From Malacoraja senta (taxonomy: Eukaryota), in assembly GCA_038087875.1 (NCBI GenBank), contig CM075994.1, positions 10,542,001 through 10,606,000 of the forward strand: a stretch of 64,000 bases of DNA. The letters run 5' to 3'. The stretch's first letter is position 1, and each line of letters begins with the position of its first letter. The notes below the pieces were generated by a model. The model made no database searches, was not told the origin of the DNA, and saw only the letters and a list, made by a program, of their open reading frames with translations. The position numbers and the translations under genes are program-made. This document shows positions 51,448 through 64,000 of the stretch, one piece after another.

Positions 51448-52359
51448 ACTGAAGATGGACACAAAAAGCTGGAGTAACTAAGCTGAACAGGCAGCATCTC
51501 TGGAGAGAAGGGATAGATCGGGCAGAGTCTCTTGCCCAGAGACGGGGAATCGAGGACCTTTTATTTTGATTTTAGGCGTCCCACCCTTTCGGCCCGTTGG
51601 CGTTTCGGCTTCGTTTCCATTTGGTTATTTACCTTCCACTTCTTTGCTTCAGCTTCTCGTCCGTCGTCGCCACGTCCGCACACGGTCCAGAGAACCGGCC
51701 TCATTGTGGCTGGGAATCATAGACAACACAGACAATAGGTGCAGGAGTAGGCCATTTGGCCCTTCGAGCCAGCACCGCCATTCAATGTGATCATGGCTGA
51801 TCATCCCCAATCAGTACCCAGTTCCTGCCTTCTCCCCATTTCCCCTGACTCCGCTATCTTTAAGAGCTCTATCTTACTCTCTCTTGAAAGTATCCAGAGA
51901 ACCGGCCTCCACCGCCCTCTGAGGCAGAGAATTCCACAGACTCACAACTCTCTGTGTGAAAAAGTGTTTCCTCGTCTTCGTTCTAAATGGCTTACCCCTT
52001 ATTCTTCAACAATGGCCCCTGGTTCTAGACTCCCCCAACATCTGGAACATGTTTCCTACCTCTAGCGTGTCCAAACCCTTAATAATCTTATATCTTTCAA
52101 TGAGATGCCCTCTCATCCTTCTCAACTCCAGAGTGTACAAGCCCAGCCGCTCCATTCTCTCAGCATATGACAGTCCCGCCATCCCGGGAATTAACCTGGT
52201 GAACCTACGCTGCACTGCCTCAATAGCAAGAATGTCCTTCCTCAAATAGGGGACCAAAACTGCACCCAATACTCCAGGTGTGGTCTCACTGGGGCCCTGT
52301 ACAACTGCAGAAGGACCTCTTTGCTCCTAAAAAGGTTAATAAACGCTGCTCTATACTCT

Positions 52360-53058
52360 AAGGTTGACAAAAATGATGGAGAAACTCAGCGGGTGAGGCA
52401 GCACCTATGGAGCGAAAGAATAGGCGACGTTTCGGGTCGAGACCCTTCTTCAGACTGATTTGGGGGGGTTGTGGGAAGAAGAAAGGAAGAGGCGGAGACA
52501 GTGGGCTGTGGGAGAGCTGGGAAGGGGAGGGGAAGGAGTGAGAAAGCAAGGACGACCTGTAATTGGAGAAGTCAATGTTCATACCACTGGGGTGTAAATT
52601 ACCATGGAGGAGGCCCAGGACAGAAAGGTCGGATTCGGAATGGGAGGGACAGTTGAAGTGCTGAGCCACCGGAAGATCAGGTTGGTTATTGCGAACCGAG
52701 CGGAGGTGTTGGGCGCAGCGATCGCCAAGCCTGCGCTTGGTCTCACCGATGTAGAGCAGTTAACACCTAGAGCAGCGGATGCAATAGATGAGGTTGGAGG
52801 AGGTGCAGGTGAACCTCTGCCTCACCTGGAAACACTGTTTGGGTCCTTGGATGGAGTCAAGGGGGGAGGTAAAGCGACAAGTGTCACATTTCCTGCGGTT
52901 GCAAGGGAAAGTACCAGGGGAGGGGGTGGTTTGGGTGGGAAGGGACGAATTGACCTGGGAATTACGGAGCGAGCGGTCTCTGCGGAAAGGAGAGGAGAAG
53001 GGAAGATGCGGCCAGTAGTGGGTTCCCGTTGGAGGTGGCGAAAATGTTGGAGGATACT
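52360..53058 (-). mobile_element. Penelope-like GIY-YIG fragment with terminal repeat
   Basis: GTFPCNRRKCDTC...FTCTSSNLIYCIRCSRC; hammerhead core at 52426-52453. Confidence 0.85.
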
Positions 53059-53133
53059 CTAAACTCACTTTGGGCAATCACGGAGGTCAATAAACCCACC
53101 GATTTAAAATCTGTCCACGTTTGGTTCCAACAG

Positions 53134-53441
53134 ATGTTATCCCCGGATGTCAAAGGATCCATGGATGAGGATGGAGAGACTCTGCGGCAAAGGGCGGCGG
53201 AAGTGGAGGAGGATCGGGAGATGCTGCGGCAAAGGGCGGCGGAAGTGGAGGAGGACCGGGAGAGACTGCGACGAAGGTTGGCGGAGTTGGAGGTGGATGG
53301 AGGGACACTGAGGCAAAGGGCGGCCGAGCTGGGGGAGGAGCTGCGGCAGAGTCGAGAGGAAGGCCAGCGCGAGGCGATGCAGTCGAGGGAGAGGCTGGAC
53401 CACATGGGTCGGGAGCGGGACGCACTGCAGGAGGAGATGAG
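53134..53441 (+). CDS. CCHCR1: CCHCR1 exon with internal 14-aa repeats
   Basis: ccaacag acceptor (phase 0); LRQRAAEVEEDRE repeats, ends ERDALQEEM; donor gttggt, phase 2. Confidence 0.75.
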
Positions 53442-53557
53442 GTTGGTGAAAGACAATAGACAATAGGTCTCTTGGACAATTCGGCCCTTCGAGCCAGCAC
53501 CGCCATTCAATGTGTTCAAAAGACTCTAAAAGGTTTGTCTTCCTTGTCCTGCTGCAG

Positions 53558-53693
53558 TGAAACCAGATGCAAGTTGGATTCGCAAAACTCCTTGATCCAA
53601 CAACTCCGCACTTACATCGGACAACTGGTGCCGGACGAGAAGCAACTGGAAGAGGACCGGCAGGAGAAAGAACAGCTGGACAACAGGGTTCAG
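53558..53693 (+). CDS. CCHCR1: CCHCR1 exon
   Basis: ETRCKLDSQNSLIQQLRTYIGQLVP..EKEQLDNRVQ resembles human [25 protein letters not shown]; ag/gt boundaries and phases fit. Confidence 0.88.
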
Positions 53694-53802
53694 GTCAGCT
53701 TTGGCCCGTGGCCCGCATCACCACCGGCACACGGCACCGTTCCCCCAACAACAACAACACAACAGAGGGAGGTTAATGAGTCACAGAGTTACACAGCGGT
53801 CA

Positions 53803-54480
53803 CAGATTCAGATTCAGATTCAGATTCAAACTTTATTGTCATTGTGCAGTGTACAGTACAGAGACAACGAAATGCAGTTAGCATCTCACCCAGAAGAGCG
53901 AACATAGAATAATGGAACAGCAACATATATATATGTACATACAGTAGCAGTAGTGCAATTTTTCTGGGGGGGTGACTGGCAATCACCAAGGTGCAGAGTT
54001 AAGTAGTGTAACAGCCGCAGGGAAGAAGCTGTTCCTGAACCTGCTGGTCCGGCAACGGAGAGACCTGTAGCGCCTCGCGGATGGGAGGAGGGTAAACAGT
54101 CTGTGGCTGGGGTGAGAGCAGTCCATGACGATGCTGCGCGCCCTTCGCAGACATCGCTTGCTCTGGACAGACTCAATGGAGGGGAGTGAGGAACCGGTGA
54201 TGCGTTGGGCAGTTTTCACCACCCTCTGCAGTGCTTTCCGGTCGGAGACAGAGCAGTTGCCATACCATACTGTGATGCAGTTGGTAAGGATGCTCTCGAT
54301 GGTGCAGCGGTGGAAGTTCACCAGAATCTGAGGGGACAGATGGACCTTCTTTAGTCTCCTCAGGAAGAAGAGACGCTGGTGAGCCTTCTTGACCAGAGTT
54401 GAGGTATTGTGGGTCCAAGAGAGGTCATCAGAGATGTTGACCCCCAGAAACCTGAAGCTGGAAACACGCTCCACCTCCGT
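53803..54480 (-). mobile_element. Rex1/Babar LINE 3' fragment
   Basis: VERVSSFRFLGVNISDDLSW..KKAHQRLFFLRRL; (tgaatc)n tail. Confidence 0.85.
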
Positions 54481-56266
54481 CCTCCACCTCAGTGGCGCAG
54501 CGGTAGAGTTGCTGCCTTGTAGCGAATGCAGCGCCGGTGACCCGGGTTCCATCCCGACTACGGGTGCTGTCTATACGGAGTTTGTACTCGAGGAGACACT
54601 TTTCCTCACAGGGAGTTGTGAGTCTGTGGAATTCTCTGCCTCAGAGGGAGGTGGAGGCCGGTTCTCTGGATGCTTTCAAGAGAGAGCTAGATAGGCTCGT
54701 AAAGATAACGGAGTCAGGGGATATGGGGAGAAGGCAGGAACGGGGTACTGATTGGGGATGATCAGCTATGATCACATTGAATGGCTCAAAGGGCCGAATG
54801 GCCTACTCCTGCACCTATTGTCTATTGTACGTTCTCCCCGTGACCTGCGTGGGTTTTCCCCGAGATCTTCGGTCTCCTCCCACACTCTAACGAAGTACAG
54901 GTTTGTAGGTTAATTGGCTTGGTAAATGTAAATATTTACATTTACTAGTGTAGCTGGGCCCGTGTGGGCAAGTTGGGCCGAAATGTAAATATTGACCCTA
55001 GTGGGTGTAGGATAGTGTTAATAGACAATAGACAATAGACAATAGGTGCAGGAGTAGGCCATTCAGCCCTTCGAGTCAGCACTGTCATTCAATGTGATCA
55101 TGGCTGATCATCCCCAATCAGTACCCCGTTCCTGCCTTCTCCCCATATCCCCTGACTCCGCTATCTTTATGAGCCCTATCTAGCTCTCTAATGCAAGGTA
55201 AAGCCAGTAAAATCTGAACAAAGATAGTCCGAGGGTCACCAGTGAGGTAGCTAGTAGTGTAGGGAGGAACTGCAGATGCTGGTTGAAACCGAAGATGCTG
55301 GAGTAACTCAATGGGACAGGCGGCATCTCTGGAGAGAAGGAATGGGTGACGTTTCGGGTCGGGACTGAAACGGTCGCCGAGTCATAGAGTCATGAGGTGA
55401 TACAGGGTGGAAACAGGCCCTTCGGCCCAACTTGCCCACACCGGCCAACATGTCCCAGCTACACTAGTCCCACCTGCCTGCGCTTGGTCCATATCCCCTT
55501 CTTCAGACTGATGAGTAGTCCGGGACTGATGAGTAATCCCTGGGATGGCGGGACTGTCATATGAGGAAAGATTGAAAAGACTAGGCTTGTATTCACTGGA
55601 GTTTAGAAGGATGAGGAGGGGATCTTATAGAAACATATAAAATTATAAAAGGTCTGGACAAGCTAGATGCAGGAAAAATGTTCCCAATGTTGGGCGAGTC
55701 CAGAACCAGGGGCCACAGTCTTAGAATAAAGGGGAGGCCATTTAAGACTGAGGTGAGAAAAAACGTTTTCACCCAGAGAGTTGTGAATTTGTGGAATTCC
55801 CTGCCACAGAGGGCAGTGGAGGCCAAGTCACTGGATGGATTTAAGAGAGAGTTAGATAGAGCACTAGGGGCTAGTGGAGTCAAGGGATATGGGGAGAAGG
55901 CAGGCACGGGCTATTGATTGGGGACGATCAGCCATGATCACAATGAATGGCGGTGCTGGCTCGAAGGACCGAATGGCCTCCTCCTGCACCTATTTTCTAT
56001 GTTTCGGGTCGAGACTGAAACGGTCGCTGAGTCATAGTCATGGAGTGATATAAAGTGGAAACTGGCCCTTCGGCCCAACTTGCCCACACGGGCCAGCACC
56101 GGCCCAGCTACACTAGTCCCACCTGCCTGCGCTTGGTCCATAACCCCTTCTTCAGACCGATGAGTAGTTCCGGGTGCTGTCGGGTTGTGGTGGGATGATG
56201 GAATGCTGGTTGAATGGGATGAGGGATGTGGCGGCCGGTCACTGTTGTGCTGCTTTGCGTTGCCAG

Positions 56267-56377
56267 CATCTGGAGAAGGAGCGGGAGACGATGCGAGCCA
56301 CGGCGGAGCTGCTCAACGTGCGTCTGACCTCGCTGACGGACATCCTCTCCATCCAGGAGGGCCACCGCGGCGGCAAG
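56267..56377 (+). CDS. CCHCR1: CCHCR1 exon
   Basis: HLEKERETMRATAELLNVRLTSLTDILSIQE (human [31 protein letters not shown]); 111 nt, ag/gt. Confidence 0.92.
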
Positions 56378-57683
56378 GTACACTACCAGCTCGCGGCTAA
56401 AGCGCAGGCTCTATACGCCGCTGGTCGGGCCACATCTGGAGTATTGTGAGCAACGTTAGGCCCCATTCTGAGGACCGATATAGGAAACATAGAAACATAG
56501 AAAATAGGTGCAGGAGGAGGCCATTCGGCCCTTCGAGCCTGCACCGCCATTCAATATGATCATGGCTGATCATCCAACTCAGTATCCCGGACCTGCCTTC
56601 TCTCCATACCCCCTGATCCCTTTAGCCACAAGGGCCACATCTAACTCCCTCTTAAATATAGCCAATGAACTTGCCTCGACTACCTTCTGTGGCAGAGAGT
56701 TCCAGAGATTCACCACTCTCTGTGTGAAAAATGTTTTTCTCATCTCGGTCCCAAAGGATTTCCCCTTAATCCTTAAAACTGTGACCCATTGTCCTGGACT
56801 TCCCCAACATCGGGAACAATCTGCCTGCATCTAGCCTGTCCAACCCCTTAAGAATCTTGTAAGTTTCTTTATATTTTAGTTTTTTTTAATTTTATTAGAA
56901 GTTAATACAATACAAAACAATACAGTGGCACCTAATTTTAGGTGCCAACTATGTCATAACGTAATGCATTCTATGTACAACCTCTAGTTTTATGTTTTTG
57001 AAAAGGAGGTAAAAAATTTAAAAAAAAAAAAAAAAAATAGAGAAAAGAAAGAGGAAAAATAAATAGTAGAAAATAGAAAAACGTGAAGTGTGTATATAAG
57101 AAAAGAAAAAATAGAAAGTAGAAATAGTAGAAAAAGACCCTTAAAAAAGAAATTTTCAAATCTTTGTTTGGAGATGTAAATCTATCCACGACCTGACCTG
57201 AAACCAGTAATCTTTATGGTACTGCTGCATCACATGATTCCAAAAAGTCGATGAAAGGGGACCAACTCCTTAAGAACAGGTCATATTTATCTATTAGGCG
57301 GAGTCTCATTTCTTCAAGGTGTGCTATGTCCGTCATATTCCTAATCCACATCTTGTAAGTTTCTATAAGATCCCCCCTCAACCTTCTAAATTCCAGCGAG
57401 TAGAAGGAACTGCAGATGCTGGCTTACACCGAAGATAGACACAAAAAGCTGGAGTAACCCAGTGGGTCGGGCAGCATCTCTGGAGAGAAGGAATGGGCGA
57501 CGTTTCAGGTCGAGACCCTTCTTCAGACTGATGTCAGGGGAGGGGGCGGGACATAGGTAGAATGTAGTCGGAGACAGTAAGACTGGTGGGAGAACTGGGG
57601 AGGGGGTGTAGGGAGAGGGAAAGCAAGGGCTACTTGAAGTGAGAGAAGAGTCTCGACCCGAAACGTCACCCATACCTGCTATC

Positions 57684-57827
57684 TTCCTCTTCTTCTTCTT
57701 TCGTGTGGCGTGCACAGCCTAACGTTGTTGGACAACTTGTTCTATTTGATCTTCCGTTTGTGCACGTCGAGTTGATTGCATTAGTCGAAACATAGCGGAC
57801 CACGTGAAGGTTGCAATCTTCCACCCC
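57684..57827 (-). ncRNA. Short retroposon with 5' HDV-like ribozyme fold (57774-57827) and (AAG)n tail
   Basis: Minus strand GGGGTGG AA GATTGCA ACC TTCACGT GGT CCGCTAT G TTTCGA C TAA TGCAATC = P1, P2, P3, L3, P3', P1', P1.1, mini-P4, C-UAA, P2'; 15-bp TSD cccatacc(t/c)gctatc. Confidence 0.7.
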
Positions 57828-58862
57828 CCCATACCCGCTATCCAGAGATAGCCACTCCAGAATTTTGTGTCTATCTGAGGAAGGATGTGCTGGCTCTGGA
57901 GAGGGTCAAGAAGAGGTTTACAAGAATGATCCCAGGAATTAGTGGGTTAACATATGATGAGTGTTTGACGACACTGGGCTTGTACTCGCTGGAGTTTTGA
58001 AGGATGAGAGGGAACCTCATTGAAACGTACTGAATAGTGAAAGGCCTGGATAAGGATAGGGTAGACAGTCCAAACCTTTTCCCGAGGGTGGAGATGTCAA
58101 AGACTAGAGATGGGACAAGAGACAACAGGTGCAGGAGTAGGCCATTTGGCCCTTCAAGCCAGCACCACCATTCAATGTGATCATGGCTGATCATCCCCAA
58201 TCAGTACCCAGTTCCTGCCTTCTCCCCATATCCCATGACTCCGCTATCTTTAAGAGCCCTATCTAGCTCTCTCTTGAAAGTATCCAGAGAATCGGCCACC
58301 ACATCCCTCTGAGGCGGAGAATTCCACAGATTCACAACTCTCTGTGTTAGAGATGCTCTGTGTAGGAGGGAACTGCAGATAGCGGTTTAAACACAAAAAG
58401 CTGGAGTAATTCCACAGACTCACAACTCTGTGTGAAAAAGTGTTTCCTCATCTCCGTTCTAAATGGCTTTTCCCCTTATTCTTAAACTGTGGCCCCTGGT
58501 TCTGGACTCCCCCGACATCGGGAACATGTTTCCTGCCTCAAGCATGTCCAAACCCTTAACATGTAGTAGGAAGGAATGGCAGATAGACACAAAGGGCTGG
58601 TGCAACTCAGCGGGATAAGCAACATCTCTGGAGAGATGGATTGGGTGACGTTTTGGGTCGAGACCCTTCTTCAGACTCGACCTGAAAGTCACCCATTCCT
58701 TTTCTCCAGAGATGCTGTCGGTCCCGCTGAGTTACTCCAGCTTTTTTTAGTCTATCTTCGGAGATTGGGTTATCTTGACATTGTGTTCGGCACGGGACGT
58801 TGTGGGCCGAAGGGCCTGTTCTTGTGCTGTACTGTTCTATGCTTCCCCTTTTCCTTGTTCAT

Positions 58863-59545
58863 CAGTCACTGAAAGTAAACATGCGGGTAAAGCAGGCAGT
58901 GAAGAAAGCCAATGGCATGTAGGCCTTCATAACAAAAGGATTTGAGTATAGGAGTAAAGAGGTCTTTCTACAGGTTTACAGGGCCCTGGTGAGACCATAA
59001 CTGGAGTATTGTGTGCAATTTTGGTCCCCTAATTTGAGGAAGGACATCCTTGCTATAGAGGCAGTGCAGCGTAGGTTCACCAGGTTAATCCCCGGGATGG
59101 CAGGAATGTCATATGAGGAAAGATTGGAAAGACTGGGCTTGTATTCCTTGGAATTTAGAAGGATGAGACGGGATCTTATGGAACCATATAAAATTATAAA
59201 AGGACTGGACAAGCTAGATGCAGGAAATATGTTCCCAATGTTGGGCGAGTCCAGAACCAGGGGCCACAGTCTAAGAATAAAGGGGAGGCCATTTAAAACT
59301 GAGATGAGAAAAAACGTTTTCACCCAGAGAGTTGTGAATTTGTGGAATTCACAAGGGCAGTGGAGGCCAATTCACTGGATGAATTTAAAAGAGGGTTAGA
59401 TAGAGCTCTAAGGGCTAGCGGAATCAAGGGATATGGGGAGAAGGCAGGCACGGGTTACTGATTGTGGACGATGAGCCATGATCACAATGAATGGCGGTGC
59501 TGGGGCGAAGGGTCAAATGGCCTCCTCCTGCATCTGTTGTCTATG
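58863..59545 (+). mobile_element. CR1 LINE 3' fragment
   Basis: ORF 59013-59399 and CR1 3' UTR. Confidence 0.8.
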
Positions 59546-59736
59546 TTGGCATCGAGCTTCATGGGAACGGAGGGGGGGGGGAGCTTAGGGACGAGTGGGT
59601 TTGGATTGAAGTGACAGGTCGCTGGAAGCTGGATACACGGACTGGGCTGCTGGGTCTTGAGCCAGCACAGACCTCCATAGAAGGAGAAGGAAAGGCGGCG
59701 GTTAGTGAGGTTCCTCCTGACTTGTGTATTTGCCAG

Positions 59737-59880
59737 CCGAAGACGGACATCGGGAGCGGGGACGAAGGGAAGAAGGCAACGCTGGTGACTCGCTGGAGGG
59801 AGAAGGTCTTTGCGCTGATGGTGCAGCTGAGGTCCCAGGAGATCAGTCACACCAACGATGTCAATCACCTCCACGTCAAG
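59737..59880 (+). CDS. CCHCR1: CCHCR1 exon (gene continues beyond the window)
   Basis: [23 protein letters not shown] (human [23 protein letters not shown]); tgccag acceptor, gtaggt donor. Confidence 0.93.
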
Positions 59881-60234
59881 GTAGGTCCTGGACCTGATGC
59901 CTCTCTCCGTGCCTCCTTCGCAAAGGGTTTGTTGACTCAAACAAGCCATAAACGGCCTTTGATATGACTGCAATGTTTGCTTTATCTTGCTGTTATAGAG
60001 TGATACAGTGTGGAAACGGGCCCAACCCGCCCACCTGGCCAACAATGTCCCGGCTACACTAGTCCCACTTCCCTGCGCCTGGTACATATCCATGTACCTG
60101 TCCAACTGTTTCTTAAACAATGGGATAGTCCCAGCCTCAACTACCTCCTCTGGCAGCTGGTTCCATACACCAACCACCCTCTGTGAAAAAGTTACCCCTT
60201 GGATTCCTAGTAAATCTTCCACCCTTCACCTTGA

Positions 60235-62803
60235 ACAATAGACAATCGGTGCAGGAGTAGGCCATTCGGCCCTTCGAGCCAGCACCGCCATTCAATGTGA
60301 TCATGGCTGATCATCCCCAATCAGTACCCCGTTCCTGCCTTCTCCCCATATCCCCTGACTCCGCTATCTTTAAGAGCCCTATCTAGCTCTCTCTTGAAAG
60401 CATCCGGAGAACCGGCCTCCACCGCCCTCTGAGGCAGAGAATTCCACAGACTCACAACTGTGAGAAAAAGTGTTTCCTCGTCTCCGTTCTAAATGGCTTA
60501 CCCCTTATTCCTAAACTGTGGCCCCTGGTTCTGGACTCCCCCAACATCGGGAACAGTCTTCCTGCATCTAGCCTGTCCAACCCCATAAGAATTCTGTACG
60601 TTTCTATAAGATCCCCTCTCAATCTCCTAAATTCTAGCGAGTATAAGCCAAGTCTATCCAGTCTTTCTTCATATGAAAGTCCTGACATCCCAGGAATCAG
60701 TCTGGTGAACCTTCTCTGCACTCCCTCTATGGCTATAATGTCCTTCCTCAGATTTGGAGACCAAAACTGTACGCAATACTCCAGGTGTGGTCTCACCAAG
60801 ACCCTGTACAACTGCAGTAGAACCTCCCTGCTCCTATACTCAAATCCTCTTGCTATGAAGGCCAACATACCATTCGCTTTCTTCACTGCCTGCTGCACCT
60901 GCATGCCTACTTTCAATGACTGGTGTACCATGACACCCAGGTCTCGCTGCATCTCCCCATTTCCTAATCGGCCACCATTTAGATAATAGTCTGCCTTCCT
61001 GTTTTTGCCACCAAAGTGGATAACCTCACATTTATCCACATTATACTGCATCTGCCAAACATTTGCCCACTCACCCAGCCTATCCAAGTCACCTTGCAGT
61101 CTACTAGCATCCTCCTCACAGCTAACACTGCCCCCCAGCTTAGTGTCATCCGCAAACTTGGAGATGTTGCTTTCAATTCCCTCGTCCAGATCATTAATAT
61201 AAATTGTAAATAGCTGGGGTCCCAGCACTGAGCCTTGCGGTACCCCACTAGTCACTGCCTGCCATTGTGAAAAGGACCCGTTTACTCCTACTCTTTGCTT
61301 CCTGTTTGCCAGCCAGTTCTCTATCCACATCAATACTGAACCCCCAATACCGTGTGATTTAAGTTTGTATCCTAATCTCTTATGTGGTACCTTGTCGAAA
61401 GCCTTCTGAAAGTCCAGATACAACACATCCACTGGTTCTCCCCTAACCACTCTACTAGTTACATCCTCGAAAAATTCTATGAGATTCGTCAGACGCGATT
61501 TACCTTTCGTAAATCCATGCTGACTTTGTCCAATGATTTCACCACTTTCCAAATGTGCTGCTATCCCATCTTTAATAACTGACTAGCAGTTTCCCCACTC
61601 CCGATGTTAGACTAACTGGTCTGTAATTCCCCGTTTTCTCTCTCCCTCCTTAAAAAGTGGGGTTACGTTTGCTACCCTCCAATCCTCAGGAACTACTGCA
61701 GAATCAAAAGAGTTTTGAAAAATTATCACTAATGCATCCACTATTTCTGGAGCTACTTCCTTAAGTACTCTGGAATGCAGCCTATCTGGCCCTGGTGATT
61801 TATCGGCCTTTAATCCATTCAATTTACCCAACACCACTTCCCGACTAACCTGGATTTCACTCAGTTCCTCCATCTCCTTTGACCCGCGGCCCCCTGCTAT
61901 TTCCGGCAGATTATTTATGTCTTCCTTAGTGAAGACGGAACCAAAGTAGTTATTCAATTGGTCCGCCATATCCTTGTTCCCCATGATCAATTCACCTGTT
62001 TCTGACTGCAAGGGACCTACATTTGTTTTAACTAATCTCTTTCTCTTCACATATCTATAAAAACTTTTGCAGTCAGTTTTTATGTTCCCTGCCAGTTTCC
62101 TTTCATAATCTATTTTCCCTTTCCTAATTAAGCCCTTTGTCCTCCTCTGCTGGTCTCTGAATTTCTCCCAGTCCTCTGGTATGCTGCTTTTTCTGGCTAA
62201 TTTGTACGCATCATCTTTTGCTTTGATACTATCCCTGATTTCCCTTGTTATCCACGGATGCACTACCTTCCCTGATTTATTCTTTTGCCAAACTGGGATG
62301 AACAATTTTTGTAGTTCATCCATGCAGTCTTTAAATGCCTTCCATTGCATATCCACCGTCAACCCTTTTAGAACTAATTGCCAGTCAATCTTGGCCAATT
62401 CACGTCTCATACCCTCAAAGTTACCTTTCTTTAAGTTCAGAACCGTTGTTTCTGAATTAACAATGTCACTCTCCATCCTAATGAAGAACTCAACCATATT
62501 ATGGTCACTCTTGCCCAAGGGGGCATGCACAACAAGACTGCTAACTAACCCTTCCTCATTACTCAATACCCAGTCTAGAATAGCCTGCTCTCTCGTTGGT
62601 TCCTCTACATGTTGGTTTAGATAACTATCCCTCATACATTCCAAGAAATCCTCTTCCTCAGCACCCCTGCCAATTTGATTCACCCAATCTATATGTAGAT
62701 TGAAGTCACCCATTATAACTGTTTTGCCTTTGTTGCACACATTTCTAATTTCCTGTTTGATGCCATCCCCAACTTCACTACTACTGCTAGGTGGACTGTA
62801 CAA
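60235..62803 (-). mobile_element. Long CR1 (HER-type) ORF2 copy
   Basis: ORFs 61607-62899 and 60452-61552, highly similar to the copy at 45095-47917. Confidence 0.95.
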
Positions 62804-62967
62804 AGTGTACAACTCCTCCCCCTTCTGTCGTGGGGTAGACTGACTCCCCTCACTCGCTCCCCAAATCATTGCACACCACCAGTCCTTTCCACTCGTCACT
62901 TTAATTTCATGTTTCGTGTATCTTGTGTTTTTATGGCTGTCCGCAGATCAATTTCCCTCCTGGGATA

Positions 62968-63777
62968 AACATAGAAACCTAGAAAATAGGTGCAGGAGGA
63001 GGCCATTTGGGCCTTCGAGCCAGCACCGCCATTCATTGTGATCATGGCTGATCATCCACAGTCAGTAACCCGTGCCTGCCTTCTCCCCATATCACTTGAT
63101 TCCACTAGCCCCTACAATTCGATCTAACCCTCTTTTAAATTCATCCAGTGAATTGGCCTCCACTGCCCTCTGTGGCAGAGAATTCCACAAATTCACAACT
63201 CTCTGGGTGCAAACGTTTTTTCTCATCTCAGTTTTAAATGGCCTCCCCTTTATTCTAAGACTGTGGCCCCTGGTTCTGGACTCGCCCAACAGTGGGAACA
63301 TTTTTCCTGCATCTAGCTTGTCCAGTCCTTTTATAATTTTATCCGTTTCTATAAGGTCACCCCTCATCCTTCTAAACTCCAGTGAATACAAGCCCAGTCT
63401 TTTCAATCTTTCCTCATATGACAGTCCCGCCATCCCGGAGATTAACCTGGTGAAACTACGCTACACTGCCTCAATAGCAAGGATGTCCTTCCTCAAATTA
63501 AGAGACCAAATCTGCACACAATACTCCAGATGTGGTCTCACCAGGGCCCTGTACAACTGCAGAAGGACCTCTACTATACTCAAATCCTCTCGTTATGAAG
63601 GCTAACATGCCATTAGCTTTCTTCACTGCCTGCTGTACCTGCATGTTTACTTTCAGTGACTGGTGTACAAGGACCCCCAGGTCTCATTGCACTTCCTTTT
63701 TTCCTAATCTGACAACATTGAGATAATAATCTGCCTCCTTGTTCTTGCCGCCAAAGTGGATAACTTCACATTTATCT
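62968..63777 (-). mobile_element. CR1 LINE 3' fragment
   Basis: ORF 63092-63433 and 3' UTR. Confidence 0.8.
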
Positions 63778-64000
63778 CATAAATAAAGTTCTATCGTTTC
63801 CATGCTGTATCTCTAACCTAAACAACCACAAAGCTGGGTGGCAGTGTGAACTGTGAAGAGGATGTTAGGAGGTTGCAGGGTGACCTGGATAGGTTGAGTG
63901 AGTGGGCAGATGCGTGGCAGATGCAGTATAATATAGATAAATGTGAGGTTATCCACTTTGGTGGCAAAAACAAGGGGGCAGATTATTATCTCAATGGGGT

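Overview
Repeat-dense vertebrate genomic DNA, most likely a cartilaginous fish (skate/ray), inferred from HE1/V-SINE-like and CR1/HER-type LINE content. It holds three spliced genes in the order and orientation of the mammalian MHC class I region: the last two exons of a class V POU gene (POU5F1/Oct4 by synteny, + strand), a complete TCF19 (FHA + PHD-like, - strand, 3 coding exons) and the first seven coding exons of CCHCR1 (+ strand, continues past the window). A CpG island lies between the divergent TCF19 and CCHCR1. POU5F1 and TCF19 carry three single-base frameshifts at homopolymer runs (sequencing error or pseudogenisation). The rest is CR1, L2, Crack-like, Rex1/Babar, L1 and Penelope-like retroelements, tRNA-SINEs, Harbinger/hAT/Helitron non-autonomous elements, simple repeats and one 200-N gap. 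Most notable non-coding signals: a ~145-nt retroposon (2 copies) whose 5' end folds as an HDV-like ribozyme starting exactly at the element boundary; many Penelope-derived short repeats with a minimal hammerhead core; a periodic CRE-like motif array near the TCF19 start; and an 8-copy repeat/spacer array derived from a LINE tail. All calls were made by eye, with no database searches.
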